This document shows, piece by piece, positions 58,707 through 64,000 of a stretch of 64,000 nt of DNA; position 1 is the stretch's first letter; each line of letters opens with the position of its first letter. Below the pieces are notes generated by a model. The model saw only the letters and a program-made list of their open reading frames with translations. It searched no databases and was not told where the DNA came from. The DNA comes from an uncultured Armatimonadetes bacterium (GTDB taxonomy: Bacteria > Armatimonadota > Hebobacteria > Hebobacterales > Hebobacteraceae). A program made the position numbers and the translations under genes. The DNA is taken from assembly GCA_963716175.1 (NCBI GenBank), contig OY970296.1, positions 1,856,001 to 1,920,000 on the forward strand, written 5' to 3'.

Positions 58707-61022
58707 TCATTGCGCCCCCGTTCCCGGGAGCGACTGGAAGCCGGGGAGCGAGAAGTAGCCCTGGGATTCGGCGCAGACGCCCATCCGGTAGATCGGGTCG
58801 CACATCAGGCAGACACGGCGGTCGGCGGCGCGGATGGTGGTGGCGTAGATGCGCACCTCGCCATCGAGGGCAGTGATGATCTCCTCCCGCCAGTCGCCGA
58901 AGACGTCAGCTATCGCGATCAGTCTTCCTTCGATCGCGGGCGGGCGATCCTGCTGCGCGCAGAGGTTGTGGAGCCGACCGTCGAGCCAGAGTTCCCGGAG
59001 CAGGTCTTCGTCCCAATAGGCGGCGTAGCGCCACTGCTCTTCGGAAGGGCCGCTTGAGATCAGGTCGCCCTGTGCGCTGTAGAACCACTGATTGCGCAGT
59101 TGTATGCTCCAGCCGCGGGTCTGCACCCCGGGGTACTCGGCAAGCAGCTTCGCGGTGATCCCAGCACGGATCTCAAAGGTCTGCTTGTCGATGCCCCACA
59201 GGATCTCGCCTGTTCTCGCGTCGACCTGGCAGATGCCGTTCTTCTCAATGCCCCATTCGTGACCGTACTGGATCTCCAGCCCGGGGTGGGTGGGATCGAG
59301 GTCGCCAACGGCGCAGTGGTTGGAGTGATGGAGGCCGGTGGACCAGAGGCCGACCCCATTGTCATCGATCACCGCGTCCCCGATGACCACTTCGTCTCGA
59401 CCGTCCGCGTCGACATCGGCCGATAGGAGCGTGTGCGAGCCCTGGCCGCTGAAACGCGGGCCGTCCTCGCGGTCGATCCAGCGCCACAGCTCGCGGAGCC
59501 GCCTGCCGTCGAACTCCATCGCCACGATCTCGATGGTGTAGTAGGTGCCGCGCTGGACGATGATGCATGGGGTCTTGCCATCGAGATAGGCGACGTTGAG
59601 GAGGTTTCGGTTGAGGGAGTCGTTCTCGGCGTAGCCTTCCCGCGCAGGCCATGGTGCGCGGGCGCGCTCGCGACCGGTCTTGCCGTCCAGTATAAGCAAC
59701 CACTCCGGGCCCGAGGTGACGTGTCCGTCGGGGTCGCGCGGATCGCCCTCCCCTGCTTTCACCGCGACCTCGGCGCAGCCGTCGCCGTCGAAGTCGTAGA
59801 CGATGTAGGGGGAGAACCAGACGCCCGTCTCGATGGACCAGCCCATATCGTGCCGCCACATGAGCTTGCCATCCAAGGTGTAGGCCTCGAGCTTGTAGGT
59901 ATCCTGGCTTGGTTTCCAGTATTTCGGGCCGCCAGGCGGGCCGATCCACGGGTCATAGCTGTTGTTGGGCTGCTTGATCACGTACTCGTAGCGACCATCG
60001 CCATCCAGATCGCCGATCGCCACCTTGTTCGCCGAGTAGTCGCCCGCGAGCTTGATGGAGACGTAGGGTTGGCCGCTGGGCGACGCGCTGGCGCGGACTC
60101 TCTCACTCTCGGCGCCTTCCGTCAGATCCACCACCGGCCGCAGGTAGTACTGCGATTCGCCAGATGGGGCGTGCTCGTCAAGGAAGTCGGTAGTGCGGCG
60201 GATGGGCTCGGCGTTGAGGCGAACCGTGGGGCCGTGTGGCGAAGTCCGGTAGAGGTTGAAAGCGAGATGCTTCGGATCAGAGTCGAGGAGACGCCAGCCC
60301 AGGTAGACGCGGCCGCCCTCGGCCGGCACGGCGACCAGCCCACGGCCGAGCCGCTCCTGGATACGCTCGCGAGCGAAGCCGTCCACGAGAGGCTTGGCTG
60401 TTCTGGCGCGCTCGCGACATCCCGCGGCGATCTCCAGGTCATCGAGGAACAGGTCGGTGCTGTGTCCGCCGCGGATGCGGGCCTGGATCTCCCGGCAGTC
60501 GTCGGGGATAGTGACGACGACCTCGAATTGCTGCCAGTAGCTCTTCGCGACGAGCATGTCGCTGGCAAGCTGTTGAGGCTGCCGTCCTTCGGCTAGACCC
60601 GACACCTCCAGGAATGCTTGCCCGCACATGAAGCCGCTCCGGCCTTTCATCCAGGCGGTGATCGTGAACAGCTGGCCCGGCCTAACCGGGAGGCGGGCCG
60701 AGTTGGTGAGCGTCCATTGGCTGTAGCCCCAGTCGCCCTCTTGCATGGGCCACAGGATGTGGGCCGCGCGGGTGCCGGAATGGGCCTGGTCCGAGATGCC
60801 TGCGGTGGGTTCGCCGGAGGCGACGCGCTCCGGCGGCATCCGTTCGCCGATCTCCGGGTGTTTGGAGGTGAGAGTCCAGCCGATGAGGTCCGAAGCGCTC
60901 GCTTCGAAGCCCGGGTTGGCGAAGACCGCGCCGTCGCCGCCGGCTCTCATACCGGCGGCAAGGAGAGCGATCACCGTCAGCGAGATAACGAGAACGGCGG
61001 GACAATCCACCGCGCCTAACAT
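58707..61022 (-). CDS. Rhamnogalacturonan lyase family 11-like protein with an N-terminal CBM-like domain
   Basis: 'ERLGRGLVAV..YLGWRLL', 'GDLDGDGRYE', 'YDFDGDG.AEV', 'AYLDGKTP', 'QGSH..ADVDADGRDE' and 'ADVFGDWREE'. Confidence 0.85.
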   Translation of the reverse strand: MLGAVDCPAVLVISLTVIALLAAGMRAGGDGAVFANPGFEASASDLIGWTLTSKHPEIGERMPPERVASGEPTAGISDQAHSGTRAAHILWPMQEGDWGYSQWTLTNSARLPVRPGQLFTITAWMKGRSGFMCGQAFLEVSGLAEGRQPQQLASDMLVAKSYWQQFEVVVTIPDDCREIQARIRGGHSTDLFLDDLEIAAGCRERARTAKPLVDGFARERIQERLGRGLVAVPAEGGRVYLGWRLLDSDPKHLAFNLYRTSPHGPTVRLNAEPIRRTTDFLDEHAPSGESQYYLRPVVDLTEGAESERVRASASPSGQPYVSIKLAGDYSANKVAIGDLDGDGRYEYVIKQPNNSYDPWIGPPGGPKYWKPSQDTYKLEAYTLDGKLMWRHDMGWSIETGVWFSPYIVYDFDGDGCAEVAVKAGEGDPRDPDGHVTSGPEWLLILDGKTGRERARAPWPAREGYAENDSLNRNLLNVAYLDGKTPCIIVQRGTYYTIEIVAMEFDGRRLRELWRWIDREDGPRFSGQGSHTLLSADVDADGRDEVVIGDAVIDDNGVGLWSTGLHHSNHCAVGDLDPTHPGLEIQYGHEWGIEKNGICQVDARTGEILWGIDKQTFEIRAGITAKLLAEYPGVQTRGWSIQLRNQWFYSAQGDLISSGPSEEQWRYAAYWDEDLLRELWLDGRLHNLCAQQDRPPAIEGRLIAIADVFGDWREEIITALDGEVRIYATTIRAADRRVCLMCDPIYRMGVCAESQGYFSLPGFQSLPGTGAQ

Positions 61023-61094
61023 GTAGACCTCCAATCGCTCACGAACGATCACGCGTGGGCGCCGATCCGACGTGGGGCTTCCGCAGGTGATCGC

Positions 61095-61398
61095 GGCAGA
61101 CGTTCCCAGCATCGAACTCCCAGACCTCGCCCGTTGGTGGAGAGTTTCTGTGTCTAGGCCTGTTTCCCCCACCATTCGCGAGTAGAACCCTCGTCTGAAG
61201 GCGGGGAATGCTCCGATCACCTTGGGACTACAGCGCGGTTTCAATTCTCACTGCCTCACCCAAACGCGCCCCTCATTGAAACGGGGAATCCGTCCACAGC
61301 CGGAGAGAGTTTCGTTCTCAGGAACGTTTCCTCCACCTCCTGTAAACCAGAAGCCAAGTCTCGTCTACAGCTGCAGAGAGTGTCTGATCCCAGGTCAG
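61095..61398 (+). repeat. Tandem junctions J4a (core 61166-61173) and J4b (core 61330-61337)
   Basis: 61170-61333 is homologous to 38637-38799; 61326-61493 appears identical to 48311-48478. Confidence 0.9.
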
Positions 61399-61444
61399 TC
61401 TCCCCCCGCCATGGTCCCGTTCCGGCAGGACCGCCGCCCACCCC

Positions 61445-61530
61445 GCCGAAGCATCCCGTGTGGTCGCCCCAGGCACCCCCGACTCCGGCTACCCCCTCGG
61501 CTGGGAGTCATTGCCCGGGGTCTCGTCGCG
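61445..61530. repeat. Intact hairpin repeat (empty IS481 site); a truncated copy lies at about 61877-61950
   Basis: CCCCAGGCA..GACTCC..GGAGTC..TGCCCGGGG imperfect palindrome. Confidence 0.8.
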
Positions 61531-61721
61531 TGTGGCGGACGCGGTTGGCAGGATGCTCGTACCCTCGACCATCACTCCATGTGCCGCGACGATCCCCCAT
61601 GGCTGCCAGCGTGTGCTCGCCACCTCGGACAAGGCTGTGCGGGCCAGTGCTCTCGATGTGGTATGCCTGCTACGAGCAGAGTGCCACGCCACACTCGAAG
61701 GCACAGCAAGGAGGCCGTGGG

Positions 61722-61781
61722 ATGGCAGGCTGCAAGACCAAGAAGACCTGCGGGACGAAGAAGAAGGCTGCGAAGAAGTAG
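61722..61781 (+). CDS. Candidate 19-aa Lys/Cys-rich microprotein MAGCKTKKTCGTKKKAAKK
   Basis: AAGGAGG SD 7 nt upstream; all Lys codons are AAG; hairpins follow at about 61791-61808 and 61816-61845. Confidence 0.55.
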   Translation: MAGCKTKKTCGTKKKAAKK

Positions 61782-62311
61782 CAGCCGCACACTGAGCTTC
61801 AACTCAGTTGGGGAAAGGCCCGGGTCAGATTCGTGGCCCGGGCTTGGCCATTGTGTGCCCGCGCTGTCACCTTCTCCGCCGAAGCATCCCGTGTGGTCGC
61901 CCCGGCCACCCCCTCGACTTGGAGTCAGCGGCCGGAGCTCCGTCGCATATGCGCTAAGCGTACTTCCCAGGAGAGAACGGCTTCCGCAGGCGCCGCCCAG
62001 GTTCTCATATGGTAGAGTGTCTGGGAGTCACCGGCAGGCCAGCAGGGCTGTCACCGATGTGCCATCGCCACTGAACATGAACACTCTAACCGCCTCGCTT
62101 CCGCTCCAGACGCGCGAGTGCGCTGACGTGTGAGCGGGGTATAGCGCGGATGCGGCGCGCTACGGCAATCCTCCGACGAATGTTTCCACCCGCACCATAG
62201 TCTTCCCCTGCTCGCGAGGAACGCCCGGACAGAGCTTCTCGGGAGCACACCGACAGGCTTCCGAACCCAATAGCAGAACTCATCTGTGTGATCTCCCGGA
62301 AAGGTATCTCT

Positions 62312-64000
62312 ATGAAGCATCTGGCCTGGGTTATCTGCGCTCTGACATGCCTCTGTGCGCTGACCGCTCCTGGCGCCCACGCCGCGACGTCCGCCGCCCC
62401 CCTGCGAGCGAAGGCCAGCAGGAGCTTCTACATGGGCGAGGCGCAGGCCGAGTTGATCCTGCTTGGCGACGAGAGCCTGACCGCCAAGCGCGAGCTGCGG
62501 GCCGACGTCTTCGCCGGTGAGAGGCAGCTGGCGCAGGGCGTCCGGCCAGTCGTGGGCCGGCGCGTCATCGTACCTTTCGATCTGACCGCGCTGCCCATGG
62601 GCGAGACCGAGGTGACGTGTGTGCTGAAGGGGACCGGGGAGGAGCGGCGCGTCAGCGCGCTTGTCACCAAGCTCGAGCCCAAAGCCGGTGCGGTGCAGAT
62701 CGACTACGTGGGCGGGGGACTGATCGTAGATGGGCTCCCCTTCTTCCCGTTCGGGTTCTACTGCGAGCCGCCGGCCCAACTGAATCAGCTGGAGGAGGAG
62801 GTGGTGAGGGGATTCAACGCGGTGTCGCCGCCCCTGCCCAACGGTCCTGCCGGCGTGGCGGAGCGCCTCAGGTACCTCAATCGCGCCGCTCAGCTGGGGA
62901 TGAGGGTCAACTACCCGCTGGGCAGCATCTCCGTTCTGGGCTCTGGGCCCGATGCCGTTGCGCGGGAGCAGGCCCTGCGCCAAGAGGTGGAGGGAGTTCG
63001 CGACCACCCCGGCCTGCTCGGGTGGTACCTGTGCGACGAACCGGATGGGAACAAGATAGCGCCGGAGGAGTTGGCGCGCAGCTACCGCATCGTGCGCGAA
63101 CTCGACCCCTATCACCCCATCACCATGGTCTTCATGGCCCCGGAGCCCGCGAAGCAGTTCGCCGCGGCCACCGATGTCGTGATGACCGATCCTTATCCTA
63201 TCCCCGATGACCCGGTTACCGACGTACACAGGGCCATTGCCCTACTCGTGTCAGAGTTCGGCGGAGAGAAGCCCGTCTGGCTGGTTCCGCAGGCCTTCGG
63301 TGGCAATGAGTGGTGGGAGCGAGAGCCCACCGCGGCCGAGGAGCGGGTGATGACCTACCTGGGTCTGATCGACGGGGCCACGGGAGTGGTGTACTACGTG
63401 CGTCATGGGCTCAACGGGTTCCCGAAGTCAACCATCACCTGGGGCGAGTGTAGCCGGCTCGCGCTGGAGGGGGCCGAGCTGTCCCCGGCGCTGCTCTCTC
63501 ATGAAGCACGACCGCGGGCGAAGAGTTCAGCCGACTCCATTCACGTCGGCGCCTGGCGGGACCGCGGCATGATCTACGTGCTCGCGGCCAACACCGAGAA
63601 CCGTCCACAGATGATGCGCCTGGAGGTGGAGGGGGTCACGGGGAGGGGCGAGGCGAAGGTGATCTTCGAGAATCGCACCGTGTCTTTCGCCCGGGGCGTG
63701 GTCAGGGACATGATCGACGCCTACGGGACGCGGGCCTACCGGATCCCGATTGGCCCCATGCCCGCGGAGGATCTCACCGTCGATCCGCGGAACCTGATCG
63801 TGAACCCCAGCTTCGAGGAAAACCCGAACACAGGTGCGCCGGAGGGATGCTACGCGAACATAGGCGCCGCGCGGGGAGTCACCTACTTCACCGACTCTCG
63901 CGTCGCGCGCCACGGCGGGCACTCCGTCCGGCTGGCGGTGCCCGAGGAAGGACAGCGCGTCTGCCTCGACCTCTACCCGGCCCCGGTCACCCAGGGGAAG
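62312..64000 (+). CDS. Secreted GH-A-like TIM-barrel protein with a CBM-like domain, 3'-truncated by window
   Basis: Not in the ORF track (no stop in window). Signal peptide MKHLAWVICALTCLCALTAPGAHA; 'VDGLPFFPFGFY', 'HPGLLGWYLCDEP', 'TDPYP' and 'NLIVNPSFEE'. Confidence 0.8.
   Translation, partial: MKHLAWVICALTCLCALTAPGAHAATSAAPLRAKASRSFYMGEAQAELILLGDESLTAKRELRADVFAGERQLAQGVRPVVGRRVIVPFDLTALPMGETEVTCVLKGTGEERRVSALVTKLEPKAGAVQIDYVGGGLIVDGLPFFPFGFYCEPPAQLNQLEEEVVRGFNAVSPPLPNGPAGVAERLRYLNRAAQLGMRVNYPLGSISVLGSGPDAVAREQALRQEVEGVRDHPGLLGWYLCDEPDGNKIAPEELARSYRIVRELDPYHPITMVFMAPEPAKQFAAATDVVMTDPYPIPDDPVTDVHRAIALLVSEFGGEKPVWLVPQAFGGNEWWEREPTAAEERVMTYLGLIDGATGVVYYVRHGLNGFPKSTITWGECSRLALEGAELSPALLSHEARPRAKSSADSIHVGAWRDRGMIYVLAANTENRPQMMRLEVEGVTGRGEAKVIFENRTVSFARGVVRDMIDAYGTRAYRIPIGPMPAEDLTVDPRNLIVNPSFEENPNTGAPEGCYANIGAARGVTYFTDSRVARHGGHSVRLAVPEEGQRVCLDLYPAPVTQGK

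Noticed and set aside
35106-61398. Junction repeats as a CRISPR array or as tRNA genes
   Set aside because: Spacing ranges from about 160 bp to 13 kb, there are no cas genes, and the T-arm mimics lack the rest of a cloverleaf.
103-63922. Long antisense/alternate-frame ORFs (e.g. 103-1560, 25088-26815, 36267-37556, 42231-43967, 56704-58137, 62051-63229)
   Set aside because: Shadow ORFs of high-GC coding regions with no recognisable motifs.
23065-64000. Prophage or ICE integrated at ssrA
   Set aside because: No phage structural, replication, conjugation or integrase genes in the window. One could still lie beyond base 64000.

Overview
GC-rich bacterial window, most likely Armatimonadota (inferred from two '[35 protein letters not shown]' prepilin/H-X9-DG genes and the gene repertoire). 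Bases 1-23065 look like core chromosome: two GT-C membrane glycosyltransferases, an lptC-lptA-lptB-lptF/G operon, sulfatase-like genes, prepilin-type genes, an orphan DNA methyltransferase, an internally deleted rsmI, smpB with a coupled MntA/HepT toxin-antitoxin pair, sugar epimerases, MoaD, a NifS-type desulfurase, a GH39 and the tmRNA gene. From the tmRNA 3' end to the window end (about 41 kb) lies an accessory region. It is cut into segments by at least six full copies and one partial copy of an attachment-like site, each with a core CC(T/C)CCACC that matches the tmRNA 3' end and arms that mimic the tmRNA T-arm. The segments range from empty 163/164-bp units to about 12.9 kb. They carry mostly secreted carbohydrate-active proteins plus an xfp-ackA-mgtA block, and none encodes an integrase. 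This looks like an integron-like, tmRNA-anchored array of non-autonomous cassettes and is the main candidate novel system. Also present: an IS110/IS1111 element with a tandem second copy of its non-coding right end, an IS481 in a hairpin repeat, MITE-like remnants, a candidate RPP leader-peptide attenuator, two apparent non-canonical start codons and a 19-aa Lys/Cys microprotein. Several frameshifts in homopolymer or short-repeat runs (lptC, a sulfatase, smpB, one CAZyme) are probably assembly errors. All alignments were done by eye.
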